Origin: an uncultured delta proteobacterium
GTDB lineage: Bacteria > Myxococcota > UBA727 > VGSZ01
Assembly (NCBI GenBank): GCA_963775425.1
Contig: CAVZJB010000009.1
Coordinates: forward strand, 172,485-236,484
Length of the DNA stretch: 64,000 nucleotides
Reading direction: 5' to 3'
Both the position numbers and the translations under genes were made by a program. Shown piece after piece: positions 47,559 to 55,140 of this stretch; position 1 is the stretch's first letter, and the number at the start of each line of letters is the position of its first letter. Below the pieces are notes generated by a model that saw nothing but the letters and a program-made list of their open reading frames with translations, made no database searches and was not told the origin of the DNA.

Positions 47559-48574
47559 AGATCGACCTGCGCGTCGATCCCACGGCTCGCCGCATCGCCT
47601 TTGCCGCCGCGACGCCGTTCGTGCTCGTCGCCATCGGCAGCGAGGGCTACCACGTCATCGAGGGTTGGAGCTGGCTCGACGCCCTCTACATGACGGTGAC
47701 CACGCTCTCCACGGTGGGCTTCGGCGAGGTGCATCCCCTCTCGGCCGCGGGGCGCATGTTCACCGTCGGTCTCGTGCTCGGCGGCGTCTTCACCATGGCC
47801 GCCGCGGTGACGTCGGTGATCAGCTCTCTGGTTTCAGGCGAGGTGCAAAAGCTCCTCGGGAGGCAGCGCATGGAGCGCAGCTTGGCGTCGATGAAGGACC
47901 ACGTGATCGTCTGCGGCTACGGGCGCATGGGACACATCGTTTGTGACGAGCTGGCGGTCATCAACCAGCCGTTCGTCGCCATCGACCGCGACCACAACCT
48001 CATCGAGCACTTCCCCGGCCACATCGGGGTCGCGCTCGAGGGGGACGCCACGGCCGACGAGGTGCTGCGCAAGGCCGGCATCGACCGCGCCCGCGCCGTC
48101 GTCAGCGCGCTGCCGCACGACGCCGACAACCTCTTCGTCACCATGAGCGCCAAGCTCTTGAACGAGAAGGTCTTCGTCGTCGCGCGCGCCGAAGACCCCG
48201 CCAGCGAGGCCAAGCTCACGCGCGCCGGCGCCAACCGCGTCGTCGCCCCCTACGTCCTCGGCGGCGGCCGCGTGGTGCAGGCGGTGCTCAGGCCGACGGT
48301 GCTCGACTTCATCGACCTCGCCACCAAGACGCACCACATCGAGCTGCAGATGGAGGAGACGTTGGTGCACCACAGCTCCGGCCTCATCGGCAAGAAGCTG
48401 AGCGAGTCCATGAACCGCGAGCACCGCATCATCATCGTGGCCATCAAGCGCAAGAACGGGAAGATGGAATTCAACCCGGGCGGCGAGACCAAGCTCGACG
48501 AGGGCGACACGCTGATCTCCCTCGGGCACCGCCATGACCTCGATCGCCTCGAGCGGCTCGCGGCCGGATCGTAG
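47555..48574 (+). CDS. 2-TM K+ channel with RCK (TrkA-N/TrkA-C) gating domains, MthK/Kch-like
   Basis: GTG at 47555 overlaps the FliG-like stop (GTGA). Pore TLSTVGFGEV. Rossmann VIVCGYGRMG. C-terminal RCK_C. Confidence 0.85.
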   Translation: MKIDLRVDPTARRIAFAAATPFVLVAIGSEGYHVIEGWSWLDALYMTVTTLSTVGFGEVHPLSAAGRMFTVGLVLGGVFTMAAAVTSVISSLVSGEVQKLLGRQRMERSLASMKDHVIVCGYGRMGHIVCDELAVINQPFVAIDRDHNLIEHFPGHIGVALEGDATADEVLRKAGIDRARAVVSALPHDADNLFVTMSAKLLNEKVFVVARAEDPASEAKLTRAGANRVVAPYVLGGGRVVQAVLRPTVLDFIDLATKTHHIELQMEETLVHHSSGLIGKKLSESMNREHRIIIVAIKRKNGKMEFNPGGETKLDEGDTLISLGHRHDLDRLERLAAGS

Positions 48575-49486
48575 TCACCGCTCGACGAGGGGCAGCCGGC
48601 GCTGGCGGCGCTCATCGTCGATGCGCTTGTGCGCGATGGTGCAGTAGTCGCCGTCGCGCTCAACCCCCACCCAGTGACGGTCGAGGCGGTCGGAGGCGAG
48701 CAAGGTCGAACCGGACCCGGCGAAGCAGTCGAGGATGCGGTCCCCCCGGTTCGTCCCCGCGAGGACGATCCGCTCCATCACGCGCAGCGGCTTCTGCGAC
48801 GGGTGCTTGCCGTGCACCCTCTCGCGCGCCGGCGTCACCGGGATCTCCCAGAAGTTGCGCATCTGCTTGCCGCCGTTGAGCGCCTTCATCGAGTCGTAGT
48901 TGAAGGTCCAGTTCTTCGCCTTCTTGTTGGTGTTGTTGCACAGCCACAGGATCTGCTCCGTGCTCTCGGTGAGCATGCGACAGGTGATGTTGGGCTGGGC
49001 GTTCGGCTTCGCCCAGATGATGCTGTTCACGATGCGCAGATCCAGGCGAGCGGCAATGGCACCAATCGTATAGATATTGTGATAGCTCCCGAAGATGAAG
49101 ATGTTGCCGTTCTCCTTGGTGGTGCGGCACACCTCCTTGAGCCATGCGGCGGTGAACTCCTCGTACTCGTCGTGGGTAAACCGATCCCACTCGCTGTCGA
49201 TGGTCACGTGCGAGGAGAACGCCCACGACAGACCCTTTCTGTCGCGAGCAATATTGTATGGTGGATCGGTGATACATGCATGGAAATACCGGTTGCTCCA
49301 TTGCGACAAGGTCTCCAGGCAATTGCCATGGTAGAGCTGGTTGGGCAGCGGACTGACCTTGTCGCTCCCTCGCTTCGGCAGCGTCGAGATCGATCCCGTC
49401 GAAAGCGGACGGGCCACGGGCTCGTACGGCCGCTCGAGATCGAGCGGCTCCACTTCGCCGGCCTGGAACTTCGCCATCGCCACCAT
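48575..49486 (-). CDS. Site-specific DNA methyltransferase, beta-class (motif IV DPPY before motif I FAGSGS), probably N6-adenine
   Basis: ITDPPYNI and LDCFAGSGSTLLA. ATG at 49486. GC content visibly lower than flanks. Stop directly abuts the K+ channel stop, so there is zero intergenic space. Confidence 0.85.
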   Translation of the reverse strand: MVAMAKFQAGEVEPLDLERPYEPVARPLSTGSISTLPKRGSDKVSPLPNQLYHGNCLETLSQWSNRYFHACITDPPYNIARDRKGLSWAFSSHVTIDSEWDRFTHDEYEEFTAAWLKEVCRTTKENGNIFIFGSYHNIYTIGAIAARLDLRIVNSIIWAKPNAQPNITCRMLTESTEQILWLCNNTNKKAKNWTFNYDSMKALNGGKQMRNFWEIPVTPARERVHGKHPSQKPLRVMERIVLAGTNRGDRILDCFAGSGSTLLASDRLDRHWVGVERDGDYCTIAHKRIDDERRQRRLPLVER

Positions 49487-49648
49487 CCTTCACCCTCCGA
49501 TCGCACGCACACATCCGCCGCGAGCGCAAGCTCGCGAGGATCCTTGGGTTCACGTCGTCGTCACGAAGGCGACCTCGTCGCCTCTTGTCCTCTGCTGCCG
49601 ACTATGGAGCCAACGTGCGACCGCTCCAAGTTTTCCGCCGAACGAATT

Positions 49649-51088
49649 TCAGCGGGCCCCGAACACGCCGAGCTCTTCGCGCGTCCAGACGTGCCCGCTG
49701 CCGAGCGGAGCGACGTGGTAGCGCCAGAGCGTGGCGCGCACGTCGAGGGGGCGCGCGCCGTGGAAGGGGTCGCCGGCGAGGAGCGCGAGCACCGACGGCT
49801 CGGCGTCGCGGAGCCGCTCGAGGAACCGGAAGAACCACGGGCTCCGGCGCGGCGAGCCGAGCGCGGCGAACCACATCTGCCAGTCGAGCCGTGGCTGGTG
49901 CGGCGCGACGAAGCCGGGGAGCGCGTCGACGTCGCCGGGCTTGTCCTTGAACGCGTACGGCAGCCAGGTCTCTCCGTCGAGCGTGCCCTCGACGACGATC
50001 TCGTCGCGCTCGGTGGTCATGCTGGCGAACAGCCCATAGCCGCCGGCGACGAGGAACGGCTCCACGCGCATCATGACGTCGTCGAACGGCAGCGGCGCGC
50101 GCACCAGCCGCTCGGTCTCGGCGAGCAGGCCGAGGACGATGAGCACGCACGAGAGGACGGCGACGGCGGCGCGTCCGGCCCCCGCGCGCGCCACGGGGGC
50201 CCGCGCGGCCGCGGCCGGCGGCGACGACGATCCGCTCGAAGCCGAGGCCGGCAGGAGGGCGCGGGCGAGAGAGCGCCAGGCGTCGTCGTCGACGGCGGCG
50301 AGGGCGAGGACGGTGGTGAGCGCGTTGAAGAACGCGAAGTTGCCGGTGAGCGCGATGACCGCTTGCAGGAGCGTCATCCCCGCGACGGCGGCGTGGCGCA
50401 CCTTGCGCAGCGGCACGAAGAGGAGAGGGGGGAGGCCGAGCTGGATGACGAACATCAGGAGGCACGACAGATCGAGCAGCGGCGCCGGCAGGTGGTGCGC
50501 GAGCCAGCCCACGGGCGTCGGCAGCGGCTGCGTCTCGAAGTGGAAGTGGAGCGCGGTGAGGGAGCGCCAGCTCTCGTCGCCCGAGAGGAGCTTCGACAGG
50601 CCCGAGCCCATCTCGAGCCGCGCCGCCAGCGCCCACACGAGGACCAACGAAAACGGCGAGGGCCGCCGCGGCGACATCAGCGCCGCGACGATGAGCGACT
50701 CGCACAGGAGCATGTCCCACTGGTAGCCGAGGAAGATCTGCCCGGCGCCGCACAGCGACAGGTAGAGCGCGTACGCGACCAAAAGCGCGGGGCCGGCGAA
50801 GACGTCGGCGACGGCGAGGGCCGACGCGATCATGCCGGCGGCGCAGAAGGCGAGCAGCCAGCCGTCGCTCGCGCCGGTGAGCCAGAACAGCGAAGGCAGC
50901 CGCGTCACGCGCTCGACGAGGTCGAGGCGGTCGGCGACGCGCTCGAAGAACGCTTGCGCGGGGAGGATGCCGTGCGCCCCCACGAGCCCGCGGAGCTGCG
51001 CGGCGAGCGAGGCGAACGCGACGAGCGCGCAGCCGCCGACGCCGCGAACGACGACGGCGCGGGCGACGCGGAAGCGCTCAGCCCACAT
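49649..51088 (-). CDS. Lipase maturation factor (LMF)-family membrane protein
   Basis: Polytopic. Conserved LMF-like C-terminal segment (DxxWxxYxF..., WQMWFAAL). 479 aa. Confidence 0.65.
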   Translation of the reverse strand: MWAERFRVARAVVVRGVGGCALVAFASLAAQLRGLVGAHGILPAQAFFERVADRLDLVERVTRLPSLFWLTGASDGWLLAFCAAGMIASALAVADVFAGPALLVAYALYLSLCGAGQIFLGYQWDMLLCESLIVAALMSPRRPSPFSLVLVWALAARLEMGSGLSKLLSGDESWRSLTALHFHFETQPLPTPVGWLAHHLPAPLLDLSCLLMFVIQLGLPPLLFVPLRKVRHAAVAGMTLLQAVIALTGNFAFFNALTTVLALAAVDDDAWRSLARALLPASASSGSSSPPAAAARAPVARAGAGRAAVAVLSCVLIVLGLLAETERLVRAPLPFDDVMMRVEPFLVAGGYGLFASMTTERDEIVVEGTLDGETWLPYAFKDKPGDVDALPGFVAPHQPRLDWQMWFAALGSPRRSPWFFRFLERLRDAEPSVLALLAGDPFHGARPLDVRATLWRYHVAPLGSGHVWTREELGVFGAR

Positions 51089-51869
51089 GGCCTTCGGCGA
51101 CGCGCGCCGCGAGCTCCGGCAGGACCTCCTCGGCCGGGCCGATGAGGTTTTCGAAGCCGAACGCTTTGTCGACGTTGACGTTCACGAGCATGGAGCGCGC
51201 GTAGCGCCCTGCGCGGACCGCGTAGTCGGTGATGCCGACGGAGAAGGACGTGCCGACGAAGACGATGACGCCGGCGTCGTTCAACGCGCGACGCGCCTCG
51301 CGCATCTTGTAGGCCGGGTGCGACTCGTACATCTCGTCGAAGAGCAGGACCAAGGGCCGCAGCGGCGCGCCGCAGAGATCGCAGCGGGGGAGGTCGGCGG
51401 CGTCGTCGTCGGCGAGGGCAGAGAGGAAAACATGAAAGACGGGCTCGAGCACGCGGCGGCAGCCGTCGCGGGTGCACACGAAGCGGTCGTGCCGGCCGTG
51501 GATCTCGACGAGCTGGTCCTCGGGGACGCCGGCCTTTCTGTGGAGCCCGTCGATGTTCTGCGTGACCACGAGCGCGCCGGGCTTGTGCGCGAGCATCTCC
51601 GTAATGGCGAGGTGCCCCGCGTTCGGCGACGGCGGCGTCCCCGTCACGAGCGACGCGTGGGCCTTGAGCCAGAACTCGCGCCACCACGCGCGCGGGTCCT
51701 CGTGGAACTTCGCGATGGTCCCCCAGTCCGTGACGAAGCTCTCCCAGACCGCGTCCTTGCTCTTTCGGTAGGGCGCGATGCCGCTCGCCACGGACAAGCC
51801 GGCGCCGGTGAGGAACACGACCTCGTCGCTGTTCCTGATCGCGCGCGCGACGTCGTCGACGGCGCTCAC
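51078..51869 (-). CDS. cobB: NAD-dependent protein deacylase (Sir2/CobB family)
   Basis: GAGLSVASGIAPYR, QNIDGLH and the Zn ribbon CxxC...CxxC. GTG at 51869 overlaps the fmt stop (GTGA). Overlaps the LMF start by 11 nt. Confidence 0.8.
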   Translation of the reverse strand: MSAVDDVARAIRNSDEVVFLTGAGLSVASGIAPYRKSKDAVWESFVTDWGTIAKFHEDPRAWWREFWLKAHASLVTGTPPSPNAGHLAITEMLAHKPGALVVTQNIDGLHRKAGVPEDQLVEIHGRHDRFVCTRDGCRRVLEPVFHVFLSALADDDAADLPRCDLCGAPLRPLVLLFDEMYESHPAYKMREARRALNDAGVIVFVGTSFSVGITDYAVRAGRYARSMLVNVNVDKAFGFENLIGPAEEVLPELAARVAEGHVG

Positions 51870-52807
51870 CCGAGCACCGTGCCGGCAGCGATGGGGCGCC
51901 CGCGCACGAGGTCGGCGACGGGCATGCGCCTCTTGTTCGGCAACTGCGCCTCGAGGAAGGCGACCGCGCCGTCGCCGGTGCCGACGACGAGGCTGCCGTC
52001 GCCGGTGCCGACGACGACGCCGGCGGCGGCCGCGCCGACGGCGTCGCGTGGCGAGAACAGCTTGAGCGTCTCGCCGTCGAGCGTGGTGAACGCGCCCGGC
52101 CACGGGTGCATCGCGCGCGCGTGGTTCTTCACGGCGGCTGCGCCGCGCGTCCAGTCGATGCGGCCGTCTTCCTTGGTGAGCTGTGACGCGTAGGTGACGC
52201 CCTCGCTCGGCTGCGGTGTGCGCGTGAGCGCTCCGTCGACGAGCGCGTCGATGTGCTCGGAGAGGAGGCCCGCGCCGAGGTCGGCGATCTTCCGGGTCAG
52301 GGTCTCGCCGTCGTCGTCGGGCGCGACGAGGATCTCGGCGGAGGCGTAGACGTCGCCGGCGTCGAGCTCGGGGACCATGTGCATGAGGCACACGCCGGTC
52401 TCTTCGTCGCCGGCCTCGATGCAGCGCTGGATGGGCGCGGCGCCGCGCCAGCGCGGCAGGAGGGAGGCGTGCACGTTGACGAAGCCGCGCGCGGGGACGT
52501 CGAGGACGCGCCGGGGGATGATGCGTCCGTACGCGGCGACGACGGCGAGCTCGGGGGCGAGCGCCCTGAAGCGCTCGAAGAAGGCGTCGCCCGAGGGCGT
52601 GCCCTTCTTGAGCGTCTCGGGTTGCGCGACCTCGACGTGGTGCTCGAGGGCGAGCGCCTTGGTGGGCGGCGGCTCGAGCTTGTGGCCGCGGCCGCGCGGC
52701 TTGTCCGGCTGCGCGACGACGAGGGCGACCTGGTGCTTGCTCGCGAGGAGCGCCCGCAGTTGCGCGGCGGCGAGCTCGGGCGTGCCGAAGAATGCGAGGC
52801 GGGCCAT
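51866..52807 (-). CDS. fmt: Methionyl-tRNA formyltransferase
   Basis: MARLAFFGTPELAA...VVAQPDKPRGRG...NVHASLLPRWRGAAPI. GGAGG Shine-Dalgarno 5 nt upstream. Confidence 0.9.
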   Translation of the reverse strand: MARLAFFGTPELAAAQLRALLASKHQVALVVAQPDKPRGRGHKLEPPPTKALALEHHVEVAQPETLKKGTPSGDAFFERFRALAPELAVVAAYGRIIPRRVLDVPARGFVNVHASLLPRWRGAAPIQRCIEAGDEETGVCLMHMVPELDAGDVYASAEILVAPDDDGETLTRKIADLGAGLLSEHIDALVDGALTRTPQPSEGVTYASQLTKEDGRIDWTRGAAAVKNHARAMHPWPGAFTTLDGETLKLFSPRDAVGAAAAGVVVGTGDGSLVVGTGDGAVAFLEAQLPNKRRMPVADLVRGRPIAAGTVLG

Positions 52808-53760
52808 CAGCTCCCTCCTCGCGCGCGGGCGACAGGCAGCGCGACGGCGATGAGCGCGCCGCTGTCGTCGAGGATGACGCGGGGAGGGCCGACACCGTCC
52901 TTGGTGGAGCGAACGAGCGCGGCGGCGTCGTCGACGAGGTTGGCGGTGATGCGCTTGATGCGCCAGCGGGCGGCGGGCTCGTGCATGTGGAGCAGCGGGG
53001 CCTTCATGGTGTCGGGGTCGCTCGCGATGGTGCGGCAGAGGTGCGGCGGCGGATCGGTGACGGAGCGCGCCGGGTCGCGCTCGAGGACGACGAAGGAGAA
53101 GCTGCTCGCGGTGACGCCGAGCTTCCTGGCGGTCTCGTCGAAGCGGGCGCGCGCCCTCTGGGGCGTGGTGAGCGCGTCGGGGGCCGCCATGCACGCGAGG
53201 TCGAGCGCGGGGACGTCGACGAGCTCGCCGTCGTCGACGCTCATCCCTTCGACGAGGATGGTGCCGTCCGCGTCGACCGGCGCGGTGGCGATCGGCTCCG
53301 GCGCGGCTGCCGGCTTCGGGGGGGGCACGCTCGCGGCGCCCTTGTCGTCGTTGCCGCCGTTGCCGTCGCGCGCGGCCGTGGGGGCCGGCGCCGGCGCCGC
53401 GGGCGTCGTCGTCGGGGACGCGGGCGTTGGCGTCGCGGGCGCCGTCGTCGCCGTCGTCGCGGGCGCCGTCGTCGCCGTCGTCGCTGTCGTCGTCGCCGCC
53501 GTCGTCGCCGCCGCCGTCATCGGGGCCGTCGTCGCCGTCGTCGTCGCCGCCGTCGTCGCCGCCGCCGTCGCCGTCGTCGTCGTCGGCGCCGGCGGCGCGG
53601 GTGCAGCCGTCGGCGGCGCGTCCCCCCTCGAAGCCGGCGCAGCGTTCGAGGCCTGTCCGGGAGGGTCGATGTCCTCCCAGCGGACGAGGCCGTAGCGGGC
53701 GGTGCAGGCGCACAGCGTCGTCAACGCGAGGGTGGCGCCGGCGAGGCGCGCGGCGCTCAC
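52807..53760 (-). CDS. Lipoprotein with Thr/Ala/Pro-rich linker, hypothetical
   Basis: GTG at 53760 (VSAARLAGATLALTTLCAC lipobox) overlaps the aminotransferase stop. TTTATAAATTAATTTATTAP low-complexity run. Stop overlaps the fmt start (TGATG). Confidence 0.55.
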   Translation of the reverse strand: MSAARLAGATLALTTLCACTARYGLVRWEDIDPPGQASNAAPASRGDAPPTAAPAPPAPTTTTATAAATTAATTTATTAPMTAAATTAATTTATTATTAPATTATTAPATPTPASPTTTPAAPAPAPTAARDGNGGNDDKGAASVPPPKPAAAPEPIATAPVDADGTILVEGMSVDDGELVDVPALDLACMAAPDALTTPQRARARFDETARKLGVTASSFSFVVLERDPARSVTDPPPHLCRTIASDPDTMKAPLLHMHEPAARWRIKRITANLVDDAAALVRSTKDGVGPPRVILDDSGALIAVALPVARARGGS

Positions 53761-55007
53761 GCGGCGCCCTTCACGACGTCGGCGATGCGGTCCACCGCGG
53801 TGCGCAGCGTCTCCATCGAGGGGCCGAAGGAGAAGCGCAGGTGCCGCTCGAAGCGGGTGCTGCTGCGGCGGCGGCCCGGGTTGATGTCGAAGAACGCCCC
53901 GGGGACCGTGATCACCTGCTGCTCGAGCATCTTCTTGAAGAACGACATGCCGTCGTCGAGGCCGGGCGGCAGGTTCTCCACCGAGCCCCACACGTAGAAC
54001 CCGCCCTCCGGCGGCAGGTCCACGCGCACGCCGAGCGCCTGCAACCGATCGACGAGGAAGTCGCGCTTGGGCAGGAACGCGCGGCGAATGGCGCCGGTCT
54101 CCTTGTCGATGACGTCGTCCTCGAGCAGCGCCACCGCCGCCTGCTGCGCCGGCCGTGAGCCGCCGCCGTCGAGGAACGAGCCCGCCGACGCCACCGCGTC
54201 GATGACCTTCTTCGGTCCCACGGTCCACGAGATGCGAAAGCCCGGGTAGCGCCAGTTCTTCGTCAGCCCGTCGAACACCACCACCGGATCCTTGTCGACG
54301 TCCTCGACGTATTCACACGCGCTCACCACGGGCTTGTGCACGCCGTCGGCCGTCTTCCAGATGTAGTGCGAGTAGAACTCGTCGACGAGGAGCGCGCAGT
54401 CGAGCGAGCGGCACGTGGCCACCCACGCCGCCAGCTCCGCCCCGAGGAGCGTCTTGCCCGTCGGGTTGCACGGGTTCGACAGCAGCAGCGCGCTCAAGCC
54501 GCGCCCGAGGATCTCCTTCCTCAGCTCGTCGACGCCGAAGTGGTAGCGGCGCTCCGCCTCCAGCAGGATCGGGATGGCCGAAAACAGGCGGAACACGCTC
54601 AGCAGCTCTTCGTACGCCGTGTAGTCCGGCAGGAAGTGGCCGAGGTTCACCTCGCCGAGCGCCGTCGCCGCCCGGGCGAGCGCGAGGCGGCCGCCGCCGC
54701 AGATGGCGACGTTCTCCGCGCTGTACTGCGAGGCGAGCCCGCGGCGGAACCTGCGGTTGTACGCGTCGGCCACCGCCGCGCGCAGGTCGCCGAGCCCGGC
54801 GACGGGCGCGTACTCGTACGCGTCGTCGGACACCGCCAGCGACGGCAGCCGCGGCGGCGCGCCCGGGAGCGCGCCCGTCTCGGGTTGTCCCTGGCCGAGG
54901 TTGCACCACGCGGGATCTCCGGGCGCGTAACCGCGGCGCTCCGCCTCCGTGGTCACGAAGATCACACCGGTCTTGGGCACGGGACGAAAAGCGGCGACGT
55001 CGGACAT
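53757..55007 (-). CDS. PLP-dependent aminotransferase (class I/II fold)
   Basis: LSNPCNPTGK and a TKNW(R) PLP-lysine region. 416 aa. Confidence 0.8.
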   Translation of the reverse strand: MSDVAAFRPVPKTGVIFVTTEAERRGYAPGDPAWCNLGQGQPETGALPGAPPRLPSLAVSDDAYEYAPVAGLGDLRAAVADAYNRRFRRGLASQYSAENVAICGGGRLALARAATALGEVNLGHFLPDYTAYEELLSVFRLFSAIPILLEAERRYHFGVDELRKEILGRGLSALLLSNPCNPTGKTLLGAELAAWVATCRSLDCALLVDEFYSHYIWKTADGVHKPVVSACEYVEDVDKDPVVVFDGLTKNWRYPGFRISWTVGPKKVIDAVASAGSFLDGGGSRPAQQAAVALLEDDVIDKETGAIRRAFLPKRDFLVDRLQALGVRVDLPPEGGFYVWGSVENLPPGLDDGMSFFKKMLEQQVITVPGAFFDINPGRRRSSTRFERHLRFSFGPSMETLRTAVDRIADVVKGAA

Positions 55008-55140
55008 GGCGGGAGAACTTCACGGATGGGAGGCGCCGGCGCAAGAGGCCGGTGGGACTTCGTCCTACATGCGGCGCGGAAGCCTTGCAGGGACGCTGGG
55101 ACTCGATGAGAGTGCGGGCGTGTTCCCCTCCAGCACGCCC

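Noticed and set aside
48575-49486. Complete restriction-modification system
   Set aside because: There is no endonuclease-like ORF on either side. The upstream 160 bp is non-coding and the downstream gene is the convergent K+ channel.
48629-51145. 838 aa plus-strand ORF across the methyltransferase and LMF region
   Set aside because: Antisense to two minus-strand genes with clear motifs (DPPY/FAGSGS, LMF).
51078-51869. Sir2 protein as part of an anti-phage (Thoeris/DSR-like) system
   Set aside because: It has the canonical CobB-type deacylase Zn ribbon and is embedded in a housekeeping fmt operon. There are no TIR, HerA or other defence partners.
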